NCBI GenBank assembly: GCA_963823035.1 | Contig: CAWGKG010000014.1 | Location: forward strand, 384,001 to 448,000 | DNA length: 64,000 nucleotides | Direction: 5' to 3' | DNA from: an uncultured Gemmatimonadales bacterium | GTDB lineage: Bacteria; Gemmatimonadota; Gemmatimonadetes; Longimicrobiales; Gaopeijiaceae | Shown here: piece after piece, positions 21,002 to 31,272 of the stretch | Layout of the letters: each line of letters starts with the position of its first letter | How positions within the stretch are numbered: position 1 is the stretch's first letter | Program-made: the position numbers and the translations under genes | Notes under the pieces: generated by a model | Database searches by the model: none | Seen by the model: the letters and a program-made list of their open reading frames with translations, nothing else | Told to the model about the DNA's origin: nothing

Positions 21002-23551
21002 CTACAGCCTCTCCTCGTCCGCCGGCGCGTCCAACGCGTCCCGCACCGCCCGGAGGAGCTCCTCCACCCCCCATGGCTTTCGCAGGAACCGCAGGTTGGG
21101 CTGCACACCACCCACCTGCGCGAGCTCGGCCGCCCCGTATCCGCTCATGAGCAGGAAGCGGGGGGGCAGAGCCATGCCACGCGTCCGCTCGTACAACTCC
21201 GTGCCCGAGATCCGCGGCAGCATCACGTCGCTGATCACCAGGTCCGGAGGCTCGTCACCCAACAGCATGGCGAGGGCGGCCTCCCCGTCGCCGACGGCCG
21301 TCACCCTGTATCCGAAGCGGCCCAGGATGCTCACACCCGCGCGCCGGATCGCCGGCTCGTCCTCGACCAGGAGGACCCGCTCGTTGCCCCGGAGCCCTCC
21401 ACGCTCCCCTCCCACCGTCTCGACATCGACCGCGGCAGGGGCTTCGACGGCCGGGAACGAGAGGGTGAACGTGGTCCCCTGGCCCGGAGCGCTTTCCACC
21501 CAGACGCGGCCGCCCTGCTTCTCCATCAGGGCGTGCACCATCGCCAGACCGAGTCCCGTGCCCCGCCCCTCGCCCTTCGACGTGTAGAACGGCTCGAAGA
21601 CTTGGGCCATCCTCTGTGGGTCGATGCCCGCGCCCGTGTCGTGAACGCGGACCAGGACGCGCGCTCCGCCATCCGTCGCCTCCGAGGAAGCGTCGATCGT
21701 GAGCTCCCCGCGCCCCGCCATCGCGTCGCGAGCGTTGGTGACGAGGTTGAGCAGGATCTCCTGGAAGGCGGCCCGATCCAAGCGGCAATGGAGGGGGCCA
21801 CGCCCCGTCTCGACCGTCAGCCTCACCGTGGCAGGGAGGAGTCGAACGAGCAAAGCCCGGGTGTCCTCCAGGACCTGCCCCAGGTCGACGACGCGCACGT
21901 TCTCGAGGTTGGAGCGGGAGAAGGACATGAGCTTGCGCACCATGTCCACGCCGATCAGGCTCGCGGCGCGGATCTCCTGGAGACCTTCTGCAAGCCCTTC
22001 GCCGCCCGGCGGCAGGTCCTCGCGCATCAGGTCGACGTTCGCCTGGATCGCGGTCAGAAGGTTGTTGAAGTCGTGGGCGATACCGCCGCTCAGCAGCCCC
22101 AACGTCTCCATCTTCTGGGCATGGCGCAGCATGTCCGCCATGGCGTGCGCCTCGGTCACGTCCTGCAGGAACCCCATCATCTTCGCGACCCCGCGGGCGT
22201 CCGCGTGGGGGCGCGCAGCCCCGCGCATCCACCGCGCTTCGCCCTCCACGACGACCCGGAAGGTCGCCTCCACGGCCCGGTCGCTCTCCAGGATGCCCTC
22301 GATCCCCTGGCGCACGGCGTCGAGATCGTCGGGGTGCACGCGGTCGAGGAAGGTCTGCGCGGTGGCGGGCGCCTCCCCGGGTGCCCATCCGAGGAGTCGA
22401 TACAGCTCGTCGGACCACCACATCGCGCCGTCGTGCCTCGCCCACTCCCAACTACCGATTCGGCCCATCTCCTGTGCCGCGCGCAGGTGAGCCTCCCGTG
22501 CGAACAGCATGTCCCTCGCCTCCTCCAGCGCCGTCACGTCCGCGACCGTCCCGAGGAGGCGCGTCGGCGTGCCCGCCTCGTCCCAGGTCACCGGCTGGAT
22601 CGCCGCGACGGCGGACAGGTATCCACCGTCCGCTTTCCGGATACGGCAGGCCCGATCCATCGCGGGGGAATCGCCGCGCCGTGTTTCGTCGAGCTGCCGC
22701 ACCATCTCGTGCCGGTCGTCGGGGTGGACGCGGTCGAGGAACTCGGCCGGGGCCATCCTCCGCTCGGTAGCCGGCTCACCCATCAGGGTGCAGAGGTCGG
22801 GGCCGAGGACGAGGCTACTGGACTTGACGTCGACCTCCAGGATGCCGATCCGACCGAGACGTCGGACCATCCGCAGCCGCTCCAGGCTGCGACGCTCCTC
22901 TTCCTCCAGCTTCTCGAGCCGCTCCACCAGCCCACCCCCGAGCGTCTGTACGCCCACGAGTCCCAGGAGGATGAGGGCGGCGCCCCCCGCGACGACCACG
23001 AGCCCGGCGCGCAGGTACGGCGCCCGGATCTCGGCCACGTCGATCTTCGCCACGAGCCCCAGGTGGAGAACGTCCACCGGCTCGTAGGCGGCGAGCACCG
23101 ACTTGCCCGCGTAGTCGATGCCCACCATCGTGCCGGACTCTCCCGCGAGCGCCCGCCCCATCGGCCGAGCGAGGTCCGAAGCGATATCCACGACCGGGAC
23201 GTCGGCGGGGGATCCCGCGCGGTGCCGGAGTTGGAAGACGATCCGCTCTCCCTCGAGTCGCGCGAGCACGTACTCGCCCGTCTTGCCGAATCCGGGGAAG
23301 CGCCCGTGGGCGTCGCGAAGCTGGGAGAGCGTGGCCTCGACATAACCGCCCGGGTAGTCGGAGCTGTGGATCGAGTCGAAGCGCGCGACCGCCTCGATCA
23401 GGCGTGCGCGACCCTGCGCGACCTCGATCAGACGCTGTCGCTGCTGCTCGAATCCCTCCCGGTAGAGCCGAACGACGGTCAAGCCGCCCACGCCCACGGA
23501 GGCGAGCACCAACACCAGCCCGATTACGGCCACGCGGGCGCGACCGCCCAT
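21002..23551 (-). CDS. Hybrid sensor kinase (extracytoplasmic Cache-like, two PAS, HisKA/HATPase, receiver)
   Basis: RVHPDD PAS motifs twice, GGIAHDFNNLL, NLVTNARDAM, GTGLGL, VLLVEDE..SDVMLP..KPW. Confidence 0.92.
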   Translation of the reverse strand: MGGRARVAVIGLVLVLASVGVGGLTVVRLYREGFEQQRQRLIEVAQGRARLIEAVARFDSIHSSDYPGGYVEATLSQLRDAHGRFPGFGKTGEYVLARLEGERIVFQLRHRAGSPADVPVVDIASDLARPMGRALAGESGTMVGIDYAGKSVLAAYEPVDVLHLGLVAKIDVAEIRAPYLRAGLVVVAGGAALILLGLVGVQTLGGGLVERLEKLEEEERRSLERLRMVRRLGRIGILEVDVKSSSLVLGPDLCTLMGEPATERRMAPAEFLDRVHPDDRHEMVRQLDETRRGDSPAMDRACRIRKADGGYLSAVAAIQPVTWDEAGTPTRLLGTVADVTALEEARDMLFAREAHLRAAQEMGRIGSWEWARHDGAMWWSDELYRLLGWAPGEAPATAQTFLDRVHPDDLDAVRQGIEGILESDRAVEATFRVVVEGEARWMRGAARPHADARGVAKMMGFLQDVTEAHAMADMLRHAQKMETLGLLSGGIAHDFNNLLTAIQANVDLMREDLPPGGEGLAEGLQEIRAASLIGVDMVRKLMSFSRSNLENVRVVDLGQVLEDTRALLVRLLPATVRLTVETGRGPLHCRLDRAAFQEILLNLVTNARDAMAGRGELTIDASSEATDGGARVLVRVHDTGAGIDPQRMAQVFEPFYTSKGEGRGTGLGLAMVHALMEKQGGRVWVESAPGQGTTFTLSFPAVEAPAAVDVETVGGERGGLRGNERVLLVEDEPAIRRAGVSILGRFGYRVTAVGDGEAALAMLLGDEPPDLVISDVMLPRISGTELYERTRGMALPPRFLLMSGYGAAELAQVGGVQPNLRFLRKPWGVEELLRAVRDALDAPADEERL

Positions 23552-23657
23552 ACGATGTCCTCGGATTCCTCCCGGGTCACCGCCGGCCGCCCGGGGAGGT
23601 AGAGCGGCCCCTGCGACCAACCTATCGCTACGCCCGCACAGCGGGAAGACGACACGA

Positions 23658-23683
23658 CGGCCCGGGCTGGAGGGCCCGGGCCG
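23658..23683. terminator. GC hairpin downstream of hsp20
   Basis: CGGCCCGGGC-N6-GCCCGGGCCG perfect 10-bp stem; no U-tract. Confidence 0.35.
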
Positions 23684-23728
23684 CCGTGGTTCCTGCCTCG
23701 ATCGCGGCCGCGTCTCGCGGCCCGTGGA

Positions 23729-24196
23729 TCACTTGCCCGTCGCCTCGACGGTGATCTTGCGTCCCTTGGCCTCCGCGACCTTGGGCATGCGGATTCGCAG
23801 GATCCCGTTCTCGAAGTTGGCGTGGATGTCGTCCGCCTTGACCGTCCGCGGCAGCGTGAAGGACCGCTGGAAGCTCCCGTAGCGGCGCTCCCAGAGATGG
23901 TAGCGACGGTCCTCCTCGCCCTCGGTGCGCGCCTCCGTCTTCTCGCCGCCGATGGTGAGGACGTTGTTCTCGAGGTCGATGGAGATGTTGTCGTGGGTCA
24001 TGCCCGGAAGCTCCGCGGACAGCACGAGCTCCTCCTTCGTCTCCTCGACGTTCACCGCCGGCAGCCAGGTGCCTCCGTTGTTCGCGGTGGAGAGCGGCGA
24101 GTCCTCGAACATGCGCGCGAGCCGGTTCGAGACCTCCTCGAGATCCCGCCAGGGAGAGAGCGTGGCGTTGCGGATCGGGTAACGCATCAGGGCCAT
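23729..24196 (-). CDS. Hsp20/alpha-crystallin small heat-shock protein
   Basis: WLPAVNVEE, AELPGM, ERRYGSFQRSFTLP, ANFENGILRIRMPK; GAGGAGG RBS. Confidence 0.96.
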   Translation of the reverse strand: MALMRYPIRNATLSPWRDLEEVSNRLARMFEDSPLSTANNGGTWLPAVNVEETKEELVLSAELPGMTHDNISIDLENNVLTIGGEKTEARTEGEEDRRYHLWERRYGSFQRSFTLPRTVKADDIHANFENGILRIRMPKVAEAKGRKITVEATGK

Positions 24197-24311
24197 GGTT
24201 TCCTCCTCGTGTCGGTGACACGGTCCTCAGAAGGGTCGTTTCACGTCGCGTCGTCCGTCGCGCCCGCGACTCCGGGCGCCGGCGACGCTTCTTCCAGATG
24301 CCCCCGAGTCG

Positions 24312-24328
24312 ATGCAACCCGCGTGCCG
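24312..24328 (-). promoter_or_regulatory. Sigma54 (-24/-12) promoter for hsp20
   Basis: Minus strand CGGCACGCGGGTTGCAT = GG-N10-GC with the GGCAC-N5-TTGC consensus. Confidence 0.7.
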
Positions 24329-24576
24329 TCCGCTCAGCGTACGAATCTGCCAAAGTGAACGGTACCAATCAGTTACAACGAGAGCCTCTCTGTCATTCTG
24401 ACGCGCTGTCAGCCCCCGGCGTCGGCCGATTCGGCAGACGCTGGCCCGCCGCTTGCGTCACCCACGGACGGGGGCGCTCGGCGGTCACGGTCCGGGGGGG
24501 CGCTGGACGTTCGCGCGCAGCCTGCGAGATTCTCTCGTCGACTGTCTCCGTGTCATGGCGGGATAGGAAGGGAAGC

Positions 24577-25620
24577 GTGGACAATCGGATTCCGGTGGCC
24601 GTGCTGGGAGCCACCGGCATGGTGGGCGCGCGGCTCGTGTCGATGGTCGCCCGCCATCCCTGGTTCGAGCTCGCGGAGGCCGCAGCGTCGGAGCGCTCCG
24701 CGGGCGGCCTCCTGGGAGCCCTCCTGTCAGGCGACGGAGGGGAGGATCTACCCCCCGAGGCCGCGGCCATCGAGGTGAAAGCCGTCGGCGATCGGCTCTC
24801 CTCGCCCCTGCTGCTCTCCGCGCTCCCCTCCGGGGTCGCCCGGCAGGTCGAGGCCGAGGCGGCCCGCAACGGGCAGCTGGTCGTCAGCAACGCGAGCGCC
24901 TACCGAGACGATCCCCAGGTGCCGCTCGTGATCCCCGAGGTGAACCCCGACCACCTCGAGCTCCTCGACGCTCAGAAGGAGCGTTGGCCCGGCGGCATCG
25001 TGACCAACCCCAACTGCGTGGTGGCGGGGCTGGCGACGGCGCTCGCCCCTCTGCACGAGGCCTTTGGCCTCGAGCGGGTGGTGGTGACCACCTTCCAGGC
25101 GATCTCCGGAGCGGGGCGTCCCGGTCCGGCGGCCTTCGACCTGGTCGACAACGTGCTGCCCTACATCGCCGGCGAGGAGCCGAAGATCGCCGCGGAGCCC
25201 CGTAAGATCCTGGGCGGGGTGCGCGATGGCGCGATCGTCGAGGCGGACTTCAGGCTCGGCGCCACGGCCGTGCGCGTGCCCGTTCGGCACGGCCATCTAG
25301 TGTCCGTCTCGTGTGCCCTCGTCCGCGACGCGGACGCCGATGCCGCGGCGCGGGCGATGCGGGCGTGGCGCGGCGCCGTGACCGGGCTCGGACTCCCCAC
25401 CGCACCCGCGCGGCCCCTCGAGGTGCTCGACGCCGACGACCGCCCGCAGCCCCGGCTCGACCGCGACCGGGGAGCGGGGATGACGGTGACGGTCGGGCGC
25501 GTCCGCCCCTGCGAGGCCCTCGGCCTCTCCTTCCTGGTGCTCTCGCACAACCTGGTGCGGGGCGCGGCCGGCGCCGCCTTGCTCAACGCCGAGCTCTGCC
25601 GCGCCCGAGGCCTCGTATGA
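24577..25620 (+). CDS. asd: Aspartate-semialdehyde dehydrogenase
   Basis: VAVLGATGMVG, VSNASA, IPEVNPDH, TNPNC, QAISGAG, PQPRLDRD, HNLVRGAAG. Confidence 0.95.
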   Translation: MDNRIPVAVLGATGMVGARLVSMVARHPWFELAEAAASERSAGGLLGALLSGDGGEDLPPEAAAIEVKAVGDRLSSPLLLSALPSGVARQVEAEAARNGQLVVSNASAYRDDPQVPLVIPEVNPDHLELLDAQKERWPGGIVTNPNCVVAGLATALAPLHEAFGLERVVVTTFQAISGAGRPGPAAFDLVDNVLPYIAGEEPKIAAEPRKILGGVRDGAIVEADFRLGATAVRVPVRHGHLVSVSCALVRDADADAAARAMRAWRGAVTGLGLPTAPARPLEVLDADDRPQPRLDRDRGAGMTVTVGRVRPCEALGLSFLVLSHNLVRGAAGAALLNAELCRARGLV

Positions 25621-26992
25621 GCCCTGCGCCGCGACGCCCCGTCGTCTACAAGTTCGGCGGCAGCTCCGTCGCGGACGGCGAAAGCATCCGCCACGTGGCG
25701 AGGTTGGTGGCCGAGGGACCGGAATCCCTGGTGGTGGTCGTGTCCGCGCTCCGGCGGCGTGACCGATCTCCTGATCGATCTCGTGCGCGGGCAGGATGCG
25801 AAGGGGAAGACCGGCTTCGGGGAGCTGCGCGCGCGCCACCTGGAGGTCGCGGAGGCGCTCGGGCTCGCCGGGCGGTGAGGTCAAGACGTTGAGGTCGGCG
25901 CTGCTCACGCGCCTCGGTCGGCTACAGCGAGACCTCGCGGACGCGACCCGTGACCGGCGGGTCCGCGATGACGCCGTCCTGGCCACCGGCGAAGACCTCG
26001 TGGTGCTCCTCGTCGCCGCCGCGGTTCATGCGACCGGACGGGAGGTCGCGCTGGTCGACGCGCGCACGTTGGTTCTCACCGACGACCGTTTCGGCGCCGG
26101 CGTGCCCGACGCGGGGGCGCTCTCGCACCTCGCCGAGGAGCACCTCCTTCCTCTCCTGGACGCGGGGGTGGTAGCCGTGGTGCAGGGCTTCGTCGGCTCG
26201 ACGGCGGACGGGCGCACGACCACACTCGGGCGCGGGGGCGGCGACTACACGGCGGCCCTTCTCGGGGGGGCGCTCTCCGCCGAGACCGTGCACATCTGGA
26301 CGGACGTGGTCGGCCTGATGAGCGGCGATCCCCGCGACGTGGACGCACCCACGCTCCTCGCCGAGATCGGCTTCGAGGAGGCCGTCGAGCTCGCGTGGGC
26401 GGGTGCCCGCGTGATCCATCCCGTCGCAGCCAAGTGGGCCGTGGCACGGGGCGTGCCGCTGCGCATCCGGAGCACCTTCGAGCCGGACTGCCTCGGCACC
26501 CTGCTGCGCCACGACCTGCGAGGCGGCAAGGAGATCGCGGCGGTGACCTCCAAGACGGGCGTGGCGCTCATGAAGGTGCGCTCGCACCCGTCCGCGCTGC
26601 CGTACGGCTTTCTCGCGCGCGTCTTCGAAGTCATGGCGCGCCACCGCCTCGACGTCGACCTCGTGGCCACGAGCCACTCGTCCACGGCCTTCACCATCGA
26701 CGAATCTGCCCGGCTCGAAGCCGTGGCCGCCGAGCTCGAGGCGTTCGCCGAGGTCGAGGTGCGCCGGGACCTGACCACCGTGACCGTCGTCGGCCGCGGG
26801 ATGCTGGCCGAGCCCGGAATGGACGCCCTCGTGTTCTGGACCGTCGAACGGACGCCCGTCCACCTCATCACCCAGGCATCGGACGTGAGCCTGAGCTTCG
26901 TGGTCGACGCCGCCGCGGCGCCCTCTCTGGTGCGAAAGCTGCACCACGCCCTCATCGAGCTCCGTGCCGACGCGGCGAGGAGGAGCGCATGA
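25617..26992 (+). CDS. lysC: Aspartate kinase; frameshifts near 25752 and 25872
   Basis: YKFGGSSV, VVVVSAL, TTTLGRGGGDYTA, IWTDV, two ACT domains. Confidence 0.92.
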
Positions 26993-27762
26993 GGATCGCG
27001 CTGCTCGGCAGCGGGCGCATGGGCACGGAGGTGCACGCCGCGGCCACGGCCGCGGGCCACACGGTGGTGGCCAGCCTCGACCGGGCGGCCATGGACGTGC
27101 CCGACCAGGAGTTGGCCGCGCGGCTGTCCGACGCCGAGGTCGCCGTGGACTTCTCGGTGGCGCAGCAGGTACCTCGCAGCGTGCGCGCGGCCGTGCTGGC
27201 CGGTGTCGACCTCGTGGTCGGAACCACGGGGTGGGCCGCGGACGAGGTGGATCTCACCGCGATCCGGCGGGCCGGGCACGGCGTGGTGTACGCGAGCAAC
27301 TTCAGCGTCGGCATCCACGTCTTCCTGCGCCTCGCCCGGGAGGCGGCGCGCCTGGCCGCGGCGGCCGGGGGCTACGACGTCCACGTCGAGGAAGTCCACC
27401 ACCGACACAAGCGCGACCACCCGAGCGGCACGGCCATCCGGGTGGCCGAGACCTTGCTCGGAGAGATCGGCGCGAAGGTGCGGTGGGCACCCGGTCCGCC
27501 CGACGGGCCGAGCGATCCGTCCGTCCTGTACGTGACGAGCGTGCGGGCGGGGGAGGTGCCGGGAACGCACGTGATCGGCCTCGAGGGCGAGGACGATCGC
27601 ATGGAGCTGCGCCACGAGGCGCGCAGCCGCGCAGGTTTCGCCCAGGGCGCGGTGCGGTCGGCGGAGTGGATCCACGGCCGAGCAGGTGTGCACACGTTCG
27701 AGGAGGTGGTCGCGGACCTCCTGGACGCGCGAACGAAGCAGGGGGGGAGGATGCCATCATGA
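26989..27762 (+). CDS. dapB: 4-hydroxy-tetrahydrodipicolinate reductase
   Basis: GSGRMG, VVGTTGW, ASNFSVG, EVHHRHKRDHPSGTA. Confidence 0.95.
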   Translation: MRIALLGSGRMGTEVHAAATAAGHTVVASLDRAAMDVPDQELAARLSDAEVAVDFSVAQQVPRSVRAAVLAGVDLVVGTTGWAADEVDLTAIRRAGHGVVYASNFSVGIHVFLRLAREAARLAAAAGGYDVHVEEVHHRHKRDHPSGTAIRVAETLLGEIGAKVRWAPGPPDGPSDPSVLYVTSVRAGEVPGTHVIGLEGEDDRMELRHEARSRAGFAQGAVRSAEWIHGRAGVHTFEEVVADLLDARTKQGGRMPS

Positions 27763-28692
27763 GCGGTAGAGAGAGGTTCAGGGGCACCGGGGTCGCGCTC
27801 GTGACGCCGTTCAAGGAGGACGGAGCGCTCGATCTCGACGCCTACGCCCTCCACGTCGAACGGATGGTCAGCGGGGGCGTGGAGGTGCTCGTGCCGTGCG
27901 GGACCACGGGCGAGAGCGTCACGTTGAGTCCGCGCGAGCAGCGGCTCGTCATCGAGACCGCCGTCCAGGTGGCGGGGCAGCGGGCCTCCGTGATGGCGGG
28001 CGCCGGAACGAACGACACGCGGGAGGCGGTGGCGCTGGCCGTGGCGGCGAGGGAGGCCGGGGCGGACGCCATCCTCTCGGTCTGCCCCTACTACAACAAG
28101 CCGCCCCAGGAGGGGCTCTACCGCCACTTCAAGACGGTGGCGGACGCGGCGGAGATCCCCGTCTTCCTCTACAACGTCCCCGGACGCACCTCGGTGAACC
28201 TCCTGCCCGACACGACGCTGCGGCTCGCGGAGATCCCCAACGTGGCGGGCATCAAGGAAGCGTCCGGCAACCTCGAGCAGGTGGCCTCCATCCTCGCGCG
28301 CAGGCCCGACGACTTCCTGGTGCTGTCGGGAGACGACGAGCTGACGCTGCGCCATGCTCGCGCTCGGCGCCGACGGGCTCGTGTCCGTGGTGGCCAACGA
28401 AGCGCCCCGCGACATCTCGGACATGGTGCGGCTCGGGCTCGACGGTGACTTCGCGCGAGCGCGAATGCTGCACTTCCAGCTGCTGGATCTGATGCGGGCG
28501 AACTTCGCCGAGACCAATCCGGTGCCCGTGAAGAAGGGGGTCGAGCTGCTCGGTGGGGCGCCGGCCCGCTACCGGTCGCCGTTGGTGCCTCCGTCCGAAG
28601 CCACGGAGATGCGCCTCGTACGGGCGCTCGCCAAGGCCCGCCTCCTGACCGACGCGGACGGCCATGCCGGCATGGAGGCCGCGTGGGCGTGA
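27759..28692 (+). CDS. dapA: 4-hydroxy-tetrahydrodipicolinate synthase; frameshift near 28350
   Basis: ALVTPF, GTTGE, PYYNKP, YNVPGRT, GIKEASG, LSGDD, TNPVPVK. Confidence 0.95.
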
Positions 28693-29577
28693 AGCTCCAG
28701 CCCCTGCGCGAGGCGATCGAGCGGCTCACTGCGAGCCGCGACGGGGCGACCGACGCCCGCGGGGACCGCGAGGAAGCGCGCGCCGCGGTGGCCATGCTCC
28801 TGCGACGCGCTCGGCGACGGCACCGTGCGCGCCGCCGAGCGGGCGCCCGACGGCTGGCACGCCGTGCCCTGGGTCAAGTCGGGAATCCTGCTCGCGTTCA
28901 GGCTCGGGGAGACGCGCGCGTACGAGCCCCACGTACCGGGAGCGAACGAGGCCTTCGGCGGCAGCACGTTCCGCTTCGCCGACCGTGACACGCTCCCGCT
29001 GCGCGAGACCGACGGCCCGGCGGAGAACGTGCGCATCGTCCCGGGCGGCACCTCGGTGCGTGCCGGTGCCTACCTCGGGCCCGGCGTCGTGATCATGCCG
29101 CCCGCGTTCGTCAACATCGGCGCCTACGTGGACGAAGGCACGATGATCGACTCGCACGCCCTGGTGGGTTCGTGCGCGCAGGTCGGGAAGCGCGTGCATC
29201 TCAGCGCCGGAGCCCAACTCGGCGGCGTGCTGGAGCCCGTGGGGCTACGTCCCGTCATCATCGAGGACGAGGCCATGATCGGGGGCAACACGGGCGTGTT
29301 CGAAGGCACCCTCGTGGGCCGGCGCGCCGTGATCGCCCCGGGGGTGCAGCTCACTGCCTCCACGACCGTCTACGACCTCGTGCGCTCCTCGACCTACCGG
29401 GCGCAGGCGGGCGAGCCGCTGACGATCCCCGAAGGGGCGGTCGTGGTGCCCGGCTCCCGTCCCGCGCGCGGGGCGTTCGCCGAGGAGCTCGGGCTCTCGG
29501 TGTACACGCCCGTGATCGTCAAGTACCGCGACGAGCGGACGGACGCGGCGACGGCGCTGGAGGACGCGCTCCGGTAG
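28689..29577 (+). CDS. dapD: Tetrahydrodipicolinate N-succinyltransferase; frameshift near 28800
   Basis: [46 protein letters not shown]. Confidence 0.93.
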
Positions 29578-29579
29578 GT

Positions 29580-29982
29580 GCGCGCTTCGATCGGGCTTCG
29601 GACCGTCACGTTCGTGAGGTCCATCGGTCTCCTTCACGTCCATGTCCACCACCGAGCCCTGCGCCACCGTGAGGGGCTGCGTGACGAAGCTCTCACCCGA
29701 TCCCATGGCCTCGACCGAGAAGCGCAGGTCGGTGCGGTTGAACGTGGGCGGAACGACGAAGTCGGCGTCACGGCTCGTCTCGACCGTGCCCAGGCGGATG
29801 TCCTGGCCACCCGTGAGCGCGCGCACCGTCAAGGCGCTGTAGTTGTGGTTGGTCACGTGGAGCACGATCTCGTCGGCCTTCGGGGACACTTCGTCCGAGT
29901 AGGGCTGGGCGTTCCCCGTCGCGCAGGCCGTGGTGGTGGTAAGCGCGAGCGCCGTGATCGCGCCGGTGACGATCCGTCTCAT
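29580..29982 (-). CDS. Hypothetical lipoprotein (3' end uncertain)
   Basis: AAGGAGG RBS, MRRIVTGAITALALTTTTAC lipobox, then a beta-rich domain; the frame runs on into dapD, so a frameshift or lost stop is probable. Confidence 0.6.
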
Positions 29983-30066
29983 GGGTCCTCCTTCATGGCC
30001 GCGGCCATGTCGACGTGCGGATTCCGCGGTCGTTCCCGCCGGAGCGCCGCACAGCATCGAGGGAGT

Positions 30067-30083
30067 TGCAAGGACCGGTCCAG
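30067..30083 (-). promoter_or_regulatory. Candidate sigma54 promoter for the lipoprotein
   Basis: Minus strand CTGGACCGGTCCTTGCA: TGG-N10-GC with TTGCA, 85 nt upstream of the ATG. Confidence 0.5.
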
Positions 30084-30215
30084 AAGCCGATCACCAGCCG
30101 GCAGAAGGGTTTTCTGGCCTCACGGGGACAGGTGGACCGTGCTGTCGATTGCACGGCGGAGGCGCTCGCGTTGCACGGTGGCGACGAGGGCGGGCGCCCC
30201 GGTGGGGCGTGCCGC

Positions 30216-31157
30216 TCACTCCATCCAGCGACCGGGCTCACGGAACACCTCGTGGCGGTGCCAGGCGAGGAAGGCCGCCTCGGGCTGCTGGGCGGGCCGG
30301 CGGGGCACGCGCAGCGCGTGGCCGTGGAAGCGTGTGATCCACTGCTCGGTCGCTTCCGAGCCGTGGAGCTCTTCGGACACCATCACCCGCCGGTCCTCGG
30401 TGACCGTGAACGCGCCCCGATCGAACAGCTTGTGGTGCAGGCTGCAGAGCGCCAGGCCGTTGCTCACGCTCGCGGGACCGCCGGCCTGATGCCACCGGAT
30501 GTGGGCGGCTTCCAGCCCCACGAGCGCGTCACCCATGCGGGCGTCGAAGGCGCAAACGGCGCACCGGCGCTCGTAGGCGCGCAGCACGTCCGCTTGGAAC
30601 CTGGGATCGCGACGTGAGGGCGGCACCCCCAGCGAGGGGTCCAGCCCGACGGCCGCCATGATCTCCGCGTGGAGCGTGTCCGGGAAGTGCGCCTCCAGCA
30701 GATCGCCCGCCACGTCGCGCAGGAGCGACGGGTCGGCCACCAACGCGTCGAAGAGCTCCTCGGTGAGCCCACAGGCGACGTGGTTGTCGCGGAGCCATCG
30801 CTTGGTCGGCTCGGACGACTTCCGCTTCCGCACGCGCGCGGGCTCACCGCCCGGCACCTCCCACACGCCGTCGTTGCGCAGGTACCAGAAGGGATGGACC
30901 GGGTCGTACTTCGCGCGCGGCGGCGCGAACTCGCGGAAGAGCTCGAGCAGGTCCTTGTCCAGGCGCTCGTACTCGATCAGACGCGGCCCGCCGTCGGCGT
31001 ATCGGCCCAGCGCGTACAGGAGCAGCAACGGCTTGCACGGGTCCCGTTCGCCTTCCCGCTCCCAGACGCCGAGGTCGCGGAAGCGCGCGCGGAGGTCGGC
31101 TTCGGGTGTGACCGCGTTCCGATCCGGTTGCGGTCCCTTCGGTTCGTGCGTCGGCAT
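30216..31157 (-). CDS. HNH endonuclease with N-terminal sulfur-binding-domain-like region (phosphorothioate-dependent restriction type)
   Basis: KPLLLLYALG and HPFWYLRNDGVW in the N-terminal part; CAVC..EAAHIRWH..NGLALCSLHHKLFDRG HNH. Confidence 0.85.
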   Translation of the reverse strand: MPTHEPKGPQPDRNAVTPEADLRARFRDLGVWEREGERDPCKPLLLLYALGRYADGGPRLIEYERLDKDLLELFREFAPPRAKYDPVHPFWYLRNDGVWEVPGGEPARVRKRKSSEPTKRWLRDNHVACGLTEELFDALVADPSLLRDVAGDLLEAHFPDTLHAEIMAAVGLDPSLGVPPSRRDPRFQADVLRAYERRCAVCAFDARMGDALVGLEAAHIRWHQAGGPASVSNGLALCSLHHKLFDRGAFTVTEDRRVMVSEELHGSEATEQWITRFHGHALRVPRRPAQQPEAAFLAWHRHEVFREPGRWME

Positions 31158-31272
31158 GCGTCAATATCGCGGCAGGGGGACCGCGCCGCTGCCGGTAGCT
31201 GGCCGGAGCCTCCTCCGGCCCCTACCCTGGCGGGATCCCGGATCGCCGGCGCGTCACCGTCCAGGAGCCCCC

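Noticed and set aside
24400..24576. Lysine riboswitch upstream of asd
   Set aside because: No recognisable L-box conserved motifs or terminator
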